Shown here piece after piece: positions 1 through 9,489 of a stretch of 64,000 nt of DNA. The notes under the pieces are model-generated. The model was not told the origin of the DNA and ran no database searches. It worked only from the letters and a program-made list of their open reading frames with translations. Position numbers and translations under genes: made by a program. Each line of letters begins with the position of its first letter. The first letter of the stretch is position 1. Origin of the DNA: a virus. The DNA is taken from positions 5,330-69,329 of IMG/VR virus record IMGVR_UViG_3300033146_000658; one strand, given 5' to 3'.

Positions 1-423
1 AAGACTTATAAAGGGTCATGGTTAAATGTTGAACATGATGCGGCGGCTCATGGCATGCCAGTAGCCTTGATAACTATCAATGCTGATGATATGTTAGCAT
101 TCTATGAAAGAGAGGCATTATACGACAATGTTTTAGTTACTGCAAGAGTTCCTAATGTAGATCCTGATGGGGATAGAACGTTTTCAAATATTAATGCCGT
201 AATGGTTATTGTTAGAGATAAACTTAGTATTAATCCATCGATTGAGCCGATGCTATCTTATGCTAATTTATGCACTCAGGGAATGAAAGAGATAGGGGAT
301 CAAAATGATTTAGCGTCGTATCTGAATAATACACGACTAACTGACGGGTCGTCTCTTAACACGTGGTATAATAATCTTAATGTGCTAGATTACATAAAAA
401 GGCACACTCACCAAACAAGGTAA
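1..423 (+). CDS. hypothetical protein, 5'-truncated by window edge
   Basis: Frame 1 is open from base 1 (KTYKGSWLNVEH...) through the ORF called at 55..423; no recognisable motif. Confidence 0.6.
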   Translation, partial: KTYKGSWLNVEHDAAAHGMPVALITINADDMLAFYEREALYDNVLVTARVPNVDPDGDRTFSNINAVMVIVRDKLSINPSIEPMLSYANLCTQGMKEIGDQNDLASYLNNTRLTDGSSLNTWYNNLNVLDYIKRHTHQTR

Positions 424-425
424 TT

Positions 426-881
426 ATGAATATATTACAAGCGATAGCGTTTGCTTTAGTGTTTATAGGATTTCATCTCAACGGAAATGAAAAGACAAAA
501 TCTATAAGCTATTATATATGGATTGTATCAAATGCTATATTGTCAATGATAGCTACATTTAGCAATTTGCCAATAATAGCCATAATGTATATGGGTCTTA
601 TAGTAATGTTGCTCAATAACTTACGCAAGATGCCTGAATCAATGAACATATTTAATAAACCTATTATAAAACAATATAGGGTTATACAAACTATTCGTGG
701 CGTTGGAGCTGTATATCATATAGAGCGAAATAAATTATATTTTGAACAATACGAAACAAAATACACAACACTAAAAGATGTGTCAAATAATGTTATTCAA
801 TTTAATCATAAATATTTAGCGATTAGCTTTGTTGAGCAAATGAAGCTAAAAGATAGTGAAATTAAAAACATAGTAGGTTAA
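426..881 (+). CDS. membrane protein (about 3 N-terminal TM helices, PnuC-like fragment possible)
   Basis: Three hydrophobic segments in the first 65 aa, including YYIWIVSNAIL; soluble C-terminal half. Confidence 0.5.
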   Translation: MNILQAIAFALVFIGFHLNGNEKTKSISYYIWIVSNAILSMIATFSNLPIIAIMYMGLIVMLLNNLRKMPESMNIFNKPIIKQYRVIQTIRGVGAVYHIERNKLYFEQYETKYTTLKDVSNNVIQFNHKYLAISFVEQMKLKDSEIKNIVG

Positions 882-895
882 TTAAAATTAAGTAA

Positions 896-1438
896 ATGAA
901 ATATACAGAAAAAGATTTAGCAGAGAAATTTGGATTGGCTCCAGGTGTTGAAATTAGAGGTCTAGCAGAGCACGCTTTAGCTAGATTCAAATTTGGGCTA
1001 GAAGAGATATCCATTACAGAGATCAAGAAGATAGTGTTTAATGAAGAGCACGATTGTTACGAGTTTCATATTGAAAACTTTAACGATTTTGTATCAATGG
1101 CTCTTCCTGAAAATGTAGATATTGCATCTATTAAAGACGAAGACAAATGGTTTCCTGTATCAGAGGAAGGATTATCATTTTTAAGACCATTAGGGATAGC
1201 AGCATTGCCAGAATCTTTTGATATGGAAGCAGGTATGGTTGATTCAGAAGATTACACTATTCCATTAGCTGTTGTTAGATCATTGATTCCATTTTATGAA
1301 TTGATGCAAAAACAGAAAGAAGAGTATGGTGAATTTCTGGATTACGAGTCACTAGGCATTAAGATTGATGAAGATGTGACTATATCTATTGAAGATTTAG
1401 GCATCTTAATAAAGTCTTCTGATATAGACAGAAAGTAG
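896..1438 (+). CDS. hypothetical acidic protein
   Basis: 180-aa ORF in the tightly packed + strand operon. Confidence 0.6.
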   Translation: MKYTEKDLAEKFGLAPGVEIRGLAEHALARFKFGLEEISITEIKKIVFNEEHDCYEFHIENFNDFVSMALPENVDIASIKDEDKWFPVSEEGLSFLRPLGIAALPESFDMEAGMVDSEDYTIPLAVVRSLIPFYELMQKQKEEYGEFLDYESLGIKIDEDVTISIEDLGILIKSSDIDRK

Positions 1439-1442
1439 GGCT

Positions 1443-1778
1443 ATGAATACTTTAATAGTATTTAATAGTAGATCTACGCCAGGACAAATATTAGCTACAT
1501 TTATTAGAAATGGGCATACCAATGATCCCGGAGATAGCATTGAGCCAAGAAAAGTAATTGAAAGAATCTCTAATATAAGAGAAAAATCGCTAAGAGATCA
1601 TAAGGGAATAGGCTTTATATATTCAAAATCTATAAAGTTATCGGGCGAAACGTATTATTCTAGCGGCTATGATATTGGGTTGATTATAAAAAATAAGAGC
1701 TATGACCGTGTTCTTGGAGAATGGGATTTCTTTGACTTAAGGACTCTGCCTGAGATGGGAATATTAAAAATCATTTAA
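1443..1778 (+). CDS. small hypothetical protein with conserved C-terminal tag (EMGILKII)
   Basis: 111 aa; ends with the motif shared by 10 other ORFs. Confidence 0.7.
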   Translation: MNTLIVFNSRSTPGQILATFIRNGHTNDPGDSIEPRKVIERISNIREKSLRDHKGIGFIYSKSIKLSGETYYSSGYDIGLIIKNKSYDRVLGEWDFFDLRTLPEMGILKII

Positions 1779-1790
1779 ATTATATAAGAT

Positions 1791-2315
1791 ATGAAAGTAG
1801 AAAAAAGTTTGAGAGTGTTTATTCATTCAAATGGATTAAGTCCAAATCAAGCATTCTTTCTAATTTCCTTATATAACAATGACGATAAGTATATTAATAA
1901 CATTACAAAAGAGGAAAAGAGAGAATTATATGAAAGGAACTTAATATTTAATACAGAAAAGCCAGCCCTTCGTAGCGAAGGGTTGAGCTTATTTTCTGAT
2001 GACAACATCAAGGAATTGTTTGATTTATTTTGGGATAGATATCCTAGCAAGACACCTAGCGGTAGAGTATTGAAGTCTGTCGCTAAGGGGACTAAACAAT
2101 ATGATGTTGCGTGGCAGAAATATAAAAGAATAATTAAACGTAAATCAGATCATGAGGCTGTTATGCATGGATTGAATGCAGAATTGCAAGACAAGGGACG
2201 TAGAGGTAGTCTAGAGTATATGCAGGGCGTAGAACGCTATTTAAATGCTCGCCAATGGGAAATGTACCAAGAGAGTGAGATAGTTCAGGAGGGTAGTAAT
2301 TATAGTTCTATTTAA
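1791..2315 (+). CDS. putative replication initiator / helicase loader
   Basis: FDLFWDRYPSK...YMQGVERYLNARQWE resembles the phage replisome-organiser C-terminal domain; overlaps the helicase start (TAATG). Confidence 0.6.
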   Translation: MKVEKSLRVFIHSNGLSPNQAFFLISLYNNDDKYINNITKEEKRELYERNLIFNTEKPALRSEGLSLFSDDNIKELFDLFWDRYPSKTPSGRVLKSVAKGTKQYDVAWQKYKRIIKRKSDHEAVMHGLNAELQDKGRRGSLEYMQGVERYLNARQWEMYQESEIVQEGSNYSSI

Positions 2316-3397
2316 TGAGTTATTTCCAATCATTTCAAGACGTTATGAATGAAGATAACGCCGGGATAGATTTTCCCGTAGACAGATTAAATAGTATTAT
2401 TCCAGGCATACAAAAACAGCGTATTTACGTTGCTGGAGCAGGATCTGGTGTTGGAAAGACTAAATTTACATTAGAGTTTTTTGTATTTAATACATTTGAC
2501 GATTGGTATTTTTCAGACAGAACTGATAGTATAAATATACATGTATTTTCATTAGAAGTTCCCAAGGAAGAAGTAATAGCGTCACTCGCGGCCAGATGGC
2601 TATACAAACAACACAAGATATTAGTTGATTATGGATATATACTTAATTACTGGAAGAAATATCCAATGACTGAGTATGTTAAGGATTTGCTCAAATCAGA
2701 CGAATTCAAATTATATTTAGAGAAGTTTGAAGAGACAGTTAAAATACTTGACTTTTCCCTCAATACAGTATCGTTTGCACAATATGTGGATGGTATAGCT
2801 AAAGAGCAAGGGGAAATATTAACTAAGCAAGTTGTTACAAAAGACAATGTTACATTAAATATGTTTGAATCATATACGCCTGTAAATAAAGATACTTATA
2901 ATATATTTGTATTGGACCATATTGGTTTAGTTAAAACAATAAGCGGTCAGGATAAGCGTAAAATGATTGAAGATATAGCTGATTATCAAATTAAAGCAAG
3001 AAACAGGTATAGATTTACATTTTGTAACACTCAGCAATTAAATAGAGGGTCTAATAGTGTAGAAAGACACAAGCTTGAAGATTTAATTGTTAAAGATAGT
3101 GATTTTGCTGGTGGCTCAGGATTATTTAATGCGGCCAATGTGGTGATAGGGTTAATGAGCCCTAATAGAGAACAGCAGTCATCATTTATGGGGTTTAGGG
3201 TAGCTAATAGCGACTTACAACCCGGACTAGGAAACAGACTTACTGTATTAAATGTAGTTAAGAACAGGCATGGTTCCGCTTTTGGAGTATTACCAATGTT
3301 ATTCCTTGGGGAAATAGGCTTGTATAGTGCATTACCTAGAGATCCTGAGGGATTTGACTACAATCAGATAAGTAATATAAAGAAATATTATGAATAA
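2315..3397 (+). CDS. dnaB: DnaB-like replicative DNA helicase
   Basis: Walker A AGSGVGKT, FSLE, Walker B FVLDHIG, QQLNR and KNRHG arginine-finger motifs of SF4 helicases. Confidence 0.85.
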   Translation: MSYFQSFQDVMNEDNAGIDFPVDRLNSIIPGIQKQRIYVAGAGSGVGKTKFTLEFFVFNTFDDWYFSDRTDSINIHVFSLEVPKEEVIASLAARWLYKQHKILVDYGYILNYWKKYPMTEYVKDLLKSDEFKLYLEKFEETVKILDFSLNTVSFAQYVDGIAKEQGEILTKQVVTKDNVTLNMFESYTPVNKDTYNIFVLDHIGLVKTISGQDKRKMIEDIADYQIKARNRYRFTFCNTQQLNRGSNSVERHKLEDLIVKDSDFAGGSGLFNAANVVIGLMSPNREQQSSFMGFRVANSDLQPGLGNRLTVLNVVKNRHGSAFGVLPMLFLGEIGLYSALPRDPEGFDYNQISNIKKYYE

Positions 3398-3674
3398 ATT
3401 CAGAGTTGGACAAAAAGTAAGGGTTAAGAAGTCTGTTAAAGCTGGTGATGTTATATACGAAAAATATGGACAGCAGATAAACGAACGAGTCTACTCTATA
3501 ATATCTGATAAGACTTTTGTTATATCAAAAGATACTATAGATCTACTTTTACCTCCTAATACGTATTACCTTGATTATGACAGTATTGAAATGAAAGGAT
3601 TAGAATATACGTGGGACGAAGATGTATTGGAATTAGCAAAACTTGACAACTTAGGCGTATTAAAGATTTTATAA
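3390..3674 (+). CDS. small KOW/SH3-like protein with C-terminal tag (NLGVLKIL)
   Basis: N-terminal FRVGQKVRV; shared C-terminal motif. Confidence 0.7.
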   Translation: MNKFRVGQKVRVKKSVKAGDVIYEKYGQQINERVYSIISDKTFVISKDTIDLLLPPNTYYLDYDSIEMKGLEYTWDEDVLELAKLDNLGVLKIL

Positions 3675-3675
3675 T

Positions 3676-3924
3676 ATGAAACCATTTAAAATAGGACAAA
3701 AGGTTAGGGTTCGTGATGATTTGGTAATTGGCGAACCATATATGCATTATAATGGAGCGTTTAATGGATTTGTTAGCTCAATGTCTCATTTATCAGGTAA
3801 AGTGGTCACTATAACATACGACAGTGCCTACGGGTATTCGGTAATAGAAAGCGGATATGAATTAACTCACGAAATGTTAACCAATGTAACAAATATCAAA
3901 TTAGGTATTTTAAAAATAATTTAA
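3676..3924 (+). CDS. small KOW/SH3-like protein with C-terminal tag (KLGILKII)
   Basis: N-terminal FKIGQKVRVRDDL; shared C-terminal motif; likely paralog of the preceding ORF. Confidence 0.7.
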   Translation: MKPFKIGQKVRVRDDLVIGEPYMHYNGAFNGFVSSMSHLSGKVVTITYDSAYGYSVIESGYELTHEMLTNVTNIKLGILKII

Positions 3925-3943
3925 CAATAGAATAACGACTGTC

Positions 3944-3955
3944 AATAACATATAA
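3944..3955 (+). promoter_or_regulatory. putative phage promoter motif variant AATAACATATAA
   Basis: One mismatch to AGTAACATATAA, which occurs three times upstream of - strand genes; intergenic, 31 nt before the ATG at 3987. Confidence 0.4.
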
Positions 3956-3986
3956 TTGAATTAAAAACAATTTAAATTATATAAAT

Positions 3987-4655
3987 ATGGCGAGACTTAT
4001 AATGATAGTCGCACAGAGCGGCTCGGGGAAATCAACCTCGTTAAGAAATTTAAAGCCAGAAGAAACATTTATTATTAAACCAAACGCTAAGCCACTACCT
4101 TTTAAAGGTGCTAAAAAGAGTTATTCTAAGGAGAATAAGAATCTATTCGTAACAACAAGCTTGGTAGAATTGAAGAAAACGATATTAAATGTTAATTCTA
4201 AAGCTACACATATTAAAAATTTAGTCATAGATGATTTTTTTCATTTCATGATGGCTAAATCGATGGCTGATATTAGTAAACCAGGATTCCAAAAGTTTGC
4301 AGATTTAGGTAAGGAGGTTTTTGAGGCTACAGCTGGATTAGAGACTGATTTAAGAGATGATCTTAATTTAATCATACTAACACATTCTGTAGAAGAAAGA
4401 GATGCTTCAGGGCTACCTCAGACTAAATTAAAACTTACTGGTAAATTTGTAGAAGAGAAGGTTGACTTACCAAGTTATTTCACTTATGTCTTAGAGGCTA
4501 AGGTGTTATTTAATCAAGGGAAGTCAGAGTATAAGTTCTTAACAAATAAGAGAAGTGAAGCCGATATGGCAAAAACTCCTTTTGGTATATTTGAAGAAGA
4601 GTTTATAGATAATGACCTTCAGTCTGTATTAGAAATCTTAGACGAAAACGAATAA
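3987..4655 (+). CDS. AAA ATPase, Sak4-like single-strand annealing protein (AAA_24-type)
   Basis: Walker A AQSGSGKSTS, Walker B LVIDD, ILTH and C-terminal AKTP motifs; near the SSB gene. Confidence 0.75.
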   Translation: MARLIMIVAQSGSGKSTSLRNLKPEETFIIKPNAKPLPFKGAKKSYSKENKNLFVTTSLVELKKTILNVNSKATHIKNLVIDDFFHFMMAKSMADISKPGFQKFADLGKEVFEATAGLETDLRDDLNLIILTHSVEERDASGLPQTKLKLTGKFVEEKVDLPSYFTYVLEAKVLFNQGKSEYKFLTNKRSEADMAKTPFGIFEEEFIDNDLQSVLEILDENE

Positions 4656-5134
4656 TGAGTTGGGGAAATAATATGAGTGAATTAAGATGGGCTAGTGGCT
4701 CATCATCACTCCCTAATGCTAAAGAGGAGATGGATAGACGGCGAGATGTTTTTAATGGAGTATTTAATACTACAGATAAGGGACGCGATGTAAAGAGAGA
4801 GCCAATTCTGACAGCTTCTTCTAACTGGATGGATTTAAATACAACTAATGGAGATTTATATAATACTAGAGGTTGTGATAGAATTGAGCAATTAGAGCCA
4901 GTTGATGATACTAGTGATACAATTTTAAATATCGATTTTGAAGAGCCTATTCGTGCCAATGTAGGTGTTGGAATACAATCAGCTGCTGACATGTTATCGT
5001 CATGGGATTCTATAAGGATTAAGTCTTTAAATGAGATGATTAAGGCTGAAGCTGCTTATTTATTTAAGGAATCTATGTTTAACATAAAGAGACGTCAAAT
5101 AAGATCTAAATTAGGCATTATGAAGCTTGTTTAG
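4655..5134 (+). CDS. hypothetical protein with C-terminal tag (KLGIMKLV)
   Basis: 159 aa; shared C-terminal motif. Confidence 0.6.
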   Translation: MSWGNNMSELRWASGSSSLPNAKEEMDRRRDVFNGVFNTTDKGRDVKREPILTASSNWMDLNTTNGDLYNTRGCDRIEQLEPVDDTSDTILNIDFEEPIRANVGVGIQSAADMLSSWDSIRIKSLNEMIKAEAAYLFKESMFNIKRRQIRSKLGIMKLV

Positions 5135-5177
5135 CGAAGTGTAGTAGTAAGCGTTGAGTCACGCGCTAAAGTGGCTT

Positions 5178-5208
5178 AAAACAATTTAATAAACAATTTA
5201 ATAAACAA
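5178..5208 (+). repeat. tandem 12-nt repeat AAACAATTTAAT x2.5 directly upstream of ssb
   Basis: aaacaatttaat-aaacaatttaat-aaacaat immediately before the ATG at 5210. Confidence 0.6.
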
Positions 5209-5209
5209 T

Positions 5210-5818
5210 ATGATTGATTTTAGTGGAGTAAAGGAAGAAGGTAAGAAATTATCGTGGGTAGGATATGGAATCAGTGAGAATGTAGTATTCTCGAGTATTA
5301 ATTTAGGCGAATCGTCTAATGGTAAGCCCAGAATAGAGATGAAGATAAAGTTCGATGGATCTGATGACTCTTCGTCAACTAATCTATATCTGTATTTATC
5401 GGAGAATGCGATTCCGTATACAATGAAGAATATTCTCTCGATTCAGAAGAGATTAAGTTCAGAAGCAGCATTACGAGCTAATTCATTTGCTGACAACGCT
5501 GCATTAGTAGCATTCTTGTCATCACAATGGATTGGAGATGGTAAGAAGTTCAGAATTAAGCTCAAAGGAGAAGAGTATGTGGGCACTGATAAAGAAGGCA
5601 ATCCTGCTGTGAAGATAAGAGTATCTGTTCCTTATGGAGATTTTATCGAGTCTATGAATCCGTTCTCAGAAGCACCTGCAATTCTAGCAGAGAGTGATAC
5701 TAAATTAAAGTTCTCTAAGGGGGATAAGTATGATTTTCAGCAATTACCAGATGCAGACATTCAGACATTAGGAGAGAGTCCTAATACACAATCAAAAGCT
5801 GATGATTTACCGTTCTAG
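5210..5818 (+). CDS. ssb: single-stranded DNA-binding protein
   Basis: Beta-rich body with acidic C-terminal tail ending DDLPF, the SSB-Ct motif; located between Sak4-like ATPase and primase. Confidence 0.7.
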   Translation: MIDFSGVKEEGKKLSWVGYGISENVVFSSINLGESSNGKPRIEMKIKFDGSDDSSSTNLYLYLSENAIPYTMKNILSIQKRLSSEAALRANSFADNAALVAFLSSQWIGDGKKFRIKLKGEEYVGTDKEGNPAVKIRVSVPYGDFIESMNPFSEAPAILAESDTKLKFSKGDKYDFQQLPDADIQTLGESPNTQSKADDLPF

Positions 5819-5837
5819 TGACTAATTAGTTATCAGT

Positions 5838-6086
5838 ATGATAAATGTATCTAAGTTAAAAAGTGGAGATATTATTAAAGCTAAAGCGTGCATATCTAAA
5901 AGAGGCGAGCATTGGAGCCCTTATGGATATATGGATTATTTGCTTAATGGAGTTCATTCGCTTAAGTATCGTAGCGGTCAGTCATTATATACATTAGATA
6001 ACCTCGGAAAAATAAAATGGATAGTCAGACACACTGAATTCTCTTTGGTTAAACAATATAATATCGGTATTTTCAAAATATTATGA
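5838..6086 (+). CDS. small KOW-like protein with C-terminal tag (NIGIFKIL)
   Basis: LKSGDIIKAK at N-terminus; shared C-terminal motif; ATGA overlap with primase. Confidence 0.7.
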   Translation: MINVSKLKSGDIIKAKACISKRGEHWSPYGYMDYLLNGVHSLKYRSGQSLYTLDNLGKIKWIVRHTEFSLVKQYNIGIFKIL

Positions 6087-7069
6087 TTGACTTTAATAAT
6101 ATACTTAATAAGGATAATCTTTTAAACAAAGTATCAAATTATCAAATACTAAAGTTCTACCTGCCTCAATTAGAGGTGGGTGGAGTTGTTAGTTCACCGT
6201 TGAGAAGCGATAGTAATCCATCATTTTCTATGTTTAATAGTAGGTATGGTGTATTAGTTAGAGACTTCTCTACAAATAAGATTTATAATGGAATAACATT
6301 CGTTATGGAGCTTATGGCGGTTAATTTCTTTATGGCGTTATCTATAATAAATAGAGATCTTGGGTTAGGTATGATTGATGATAATGCTAGCGCGTTAGTC
6401 GGTCATAAATTAACCAAGAGTGAGGTTGTTATAGATGACCCTAAAGAACATTCATCAAAGGTAATTACATACAGTTTCAGAGATTGGAATCAAGACGACG
6501 CTGATTATTGGCGACCATTTGGGATAACATCCAAGCAGTTGATTGAATCAAAAACTTTCCCAATTAAATATTTTTGGATAAACAATCAATTTACGATAAT
6601 GGCTGATAAACTGGCTTATGTCTATATGTTCTATGAGCATAAAGGTATATTTAGAGTTAAAATTTATCAACCATATAATAAGACATGGAAATGGACTACG
6701 AATTTAGACTCAACAGTTGTTGATGGAATTAAGGAATTAGAGCCATCAGATTTGCTGATTATAACTAAATCACGTAAAGATAGATTAGTCCTTAATAACT
6801 TTGGGTATCAGGCAATAGCCGTAAATAATGAAGGGAGTTTCATTCCCGATAGTCTATTTGAGAAATTAACAGCACGTTATCCAAGGATATTGTTATTCTT
6901 TGATAATGATAAAGCTGGCAAGGAAATGAGCACAAAGTTCTCTGAATTGTATGATATTGAAAATATAGCAATACCAGACGAATATGAAGAGAAGGATGTG
7001 GCGGACTTTGTAAAGTCTTACGGCAATTTTGTAACAAAAGATGTATTAACTAAATTAATTAACAAATGA
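6083..7069 (+). CDS. DNA primase (crAss-type, TOPRIM)
   Basis: Degenerate Zn-binding-like N-domain SPLRSDSNPSF; IITKSRKD and FFDNDKAG TOPRIM motifs; KDVAD. Confidence 0.85.
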   Translation: MIDFNNILNKDNLLNKVSNYQILKFYLPQLEVGGVVSSPLRSDSNPSFSMFNSRYGVLVRDFSTNKIYNGITFVMELMAVNFFMALSIINRDLGLGMIDDNASALVGHKLTKSEVVIDDPKEHSSKVITYSFRDWNQDDADYWRPFGITSKQLIESKTFPIKYFWINNQFTIMADKLAYVYMFYEHKGIFRVKIYQPYNKTWKWTTNLDSTVVDGIKELEPSDLLIITKSRKDRLVLNNFGYQAIAVNNEGSFIPDSLFEKLTARYPRILLFFDNDKAGKEMSTKFSELYDIENIAIPDEYEEKDVADFVKSYGNFVTKDVLTKLINK

Positions 7070-7302
7070 TAATAATAATTTTATGGTCGCTATTAGCGAT
7101 AATTGTATATGCTGTAATAGGCATTGCATACTACGTTGTTCTTGAACAGAAAGAGGATGACCCTGGATACGAATTCCAGAAAGAAGCGAAAATAGATGCT
7201 TATATATGGTTGCTAATCTTAATATGGTGGCCTCATAAGTATATGTATAATTTAATATTAACTAAGTTTGGAGAGGCTACCTTAAAACATAAAAAATTAT
7301 GA
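7066..7302 (+). CDS. small membrane protein
   Basis: Two hydrophobic segments in 78 aa. Confidence 0.6.
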   Translation: MIIIILWSLLAIIVYAVIGIAYYVVLEQKEDDPGYEFQKEAKIDAYIWLLILIWWPHKYMYNLILTKFGEATLKHKKL

Positions 7303-7625
7303 TACATGTATTATACATATTAATATATGCTTATTTCCATTTTTTAATGGCTGGGTTATCCATAGCATTAATAAAGGGGTCTACAGCATCAATTTACTAT
7401 AATTATGGGGAATCTGAATATGATGATGTGGACGGGCTATTACTTATTATAATATTAGTGTTTGCCCCAATAGTTATTTTAATATTCTTAATATACGTTA
7501 TTGCAGTGGTTTTATATATACATATAATTAAAAATGCTGCAAAGCCATTTAAATGGATAGGTGTGAAGATTTATGATTTTTTTAATTACTTAATAGAAGA
7601 ATATTACTATAGAGATGGAGAATAA
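7299..7625 (+). CDS. small membrane protein
   Basis: Two long hydrophobic segments in 108 aa. Confidence 0.6.
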   Translation: MIHVLYILIYAYFHFLMAGLSIALIKGSTASIYYNYGESEYDDVDGLLLIIILVFAPIVILIFLIYVIAVVLYIHIIKNAAKPFKWIGVKIYDFFNYLIEEYYYRDGE

Positions 7626-8061
7626 TAACAAGAGTGTGACACGCTCATTAATAAGTGTTTATGGTTCACTTCGGAAAGGCCACGGAAATCATGGATTATT
7701 CCTAAGATTTCCTAAGGATGAATGGGAATTCGAGGGTGTAGAGACAATTAAAGGATTCAACTTATTCCCATTAGGAGGGTATCCTGGAATAGAGAGAGGC
7801 GATGGTCAATTAGTTATTGAGAAATATCTAGTTTCGGACGCCGTGTTAGCTAGAGTGAGAGGGTTGGAAGGTTATGACCCAAACGAACCTCATTCTGCGC
7901 AAGATTTTTATGACGAAATTCAAATTGAGACAACTTCTGGAACTTCTGGAATCTACTTGTATGTAGATGGCGCTAGGGGAGCTAGTATTATCGAGGATGG
8001 AGATTGGAATAAATATTGTGGAGTAGAGGAATTAACAGAAAAAGACAATAGTTATGAGTAA
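7615..8061 (+). CDS. gamma-glutamylcyclotransferase (AIG2-like)
   Basis: VYGSLRKG signature, YPG and LEGY catalytic-Glu motif. Confidence 0.85.
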   Translation: MENNNKSVTRSLISVYGSLRKGHGNHGLFLRFPKDEWEFEGVETIKGFNLFPLGGYPGIERGDGQLVIEKYLVSDAVLARVRGLEGYDPNEPHSAQDFYDEIQIETTSGTSGIYLYVDGARGASIIEDGDWNKYCGVEELTEKDNSYE

Positions 8062-8551
8062 GAGTAAGATAGGTATCTTGTCACTCGTGTTTAAAAGCGC
8101 GGGGATTAATGTATTAAATAATAATAAACCTATTGAATATGGTGACCTTGTTAAGATAATTAGTAAGAGATTTCAGAATTATAACGAAGGTTCTGTATTT
8201 AGAGTCGATGGACTAACGCATGATAGTAATGGTAATATTACAAAAGTGGGTATACGCCCATCCGAAAAAGGCAATACCCCACCAAGATACGGGGTAAATA
8301 AACTACGATACGTATCAATAAAAGGTGTGATTAAAGTTGCTGGGAATAGAGGTAATTTCGACTTAGATGTTCCTGAAGAGGTGCGGTCAGCTCACAGAAG
8401 GAGATTGCTAAACCATGAAGGTAGGGTGACGACATCTGGTGAATTTAAATGGTATAGTGGATATGGGAATAACTTTTCATACGAGCATGAAGTTACCAGC
8501 GAATTACTTGCGTCGTATAAAAAGTTTGTAAGATTGTATAAAAAGAGATAA
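8054..8551 (+). CDS. hypothetical protein (KOW-like segment)
   Basis: 165 aa inside the ligase cluster; IEYGDLVKII. Confidence 0.55.
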   Translation: MSKSKIGILSLVFKSAGINVLNNNKPIEYGDLVKIISKRFQNYNEGSVFRVDGLTHDSNGNITKVGIRPSEKGNTPPRYGVNKLRYVSIKGVIKVAGNRGNFDLDVPEEVRSAHRRRLLNHEGRVTTSGEFKWYSGYGNNFSYEHEVTSELLASYKKFVRLYKKR

Positions 8552-8553
8552 CA

Positions 8554-9471
8554 ATGAAGAAAATCAAAGTATTATCATGGGACAGAACTAGCATGAGTTC
8601 AAGAACCATATCAAGATTTCAGCCAGGGAAGAATAGAGTTCGTCCTGAAAGCACAACATTCAAGCCTAAGGTTGGTCAATTATTGATTAATTGGGGTTTT
8701 CGCGGTTCATTTGGATTTTCTATACCAGAGGGCGTGGATATCCTAAACAGACCAGAGAATGTCGCTAACGCATCTGATAAGCGAAGATGCTTACGCATAT
8801 TAACAGACAACGAAGTTCCTACATTGGATTTTGCATTAAATAGGACTGATGCTGCTGCTTTATTTGAAAATACAGATAAAGTTTATTGCCGAACAAGAAT
8901 CTCTTCACATAGTGGAAGAGGTATTATTATCGCAAATAATATAGAGGAGTTAGTAGATGCTCAGTTATATACAGCTAATTTTCCTAATACTACAGAATTT
9001 AGAGTTCATATATTTAAGGGACAAATCACTGATATTACACAAAAGAAGTCAATGTCTAGTGAGCGTAGAGAAAGATTAGGTATAACAAGAACTGAGCGAA
9101 GAGAAGAAGTTAGAAACTTAGGCTCTGGATGGTCATTTGTTAGAACTGAAATGGATCTTTACGACAGCGAAGGAGATGTTCGTAATGAAATACACGATGT
9201 GTCATTAGATGCGATGAGTGCGCTAGGGCTTGATTTTGGAGCCGTAGACTTGTTAATGAATGATGAGGGTGAATGTAGAGTTGTAGAGGCTAATACCGCA
9301 TGTGGAATGAAGATAAACACTACTACGCATTATCGTTACATTAAGAACTTCATGGATTACGCTAATAATGACTTTTCGTTAAGTTTATATAATAGTAGAT
9401 ACGAAGGGAATTTCAATAACGAACACGAGGGAAATATCGATCAGTTTATAGCTGATTGTTCAGAGGAGTAA
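8554..9471 (+). CDS. ATP-grasp ligase (RimK/phiEco32-like)
   Basis: INWG, SDKR, HSGRGI, EFRVHIF, LGLDFGAVD and VVEANTACG motifs. Confidence 0.85.
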   Translation: MKKIKVLSWDRTSMSSRTISRFQPGKNRVRPESTTFKPKVGQLLINWGFRGSFGFSIPEGVDILNRPENVANASDKRRCLRILTDNEVPTLDFALNRTDAAALFENTDKVYCRTRISSHSGRGIIIANNIEELVDAQLYTANFPNTTEFRVHIFKGQITDITQKKSMSSERRERLGITRTERREEVRNLGSGWSFVRTEMDLYDSEGDVRNEIHDVSLDAMSALGLDFGAVDLLMNDEGECRVVEANTACGMKINTTTHYRYIKNFMDYANNDFSLSLYNSRYEGNFNNEHEGNIDQFIADCSEE

Positions 9472-9489
9472 TAACATCAAATATAACAA

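Noticed and set aside
896-1438. Internal DLGILIK near the end of the 180-aa ORF as a twelfth tag
   Set aside because: It is not terminal and the Lys is out of register.
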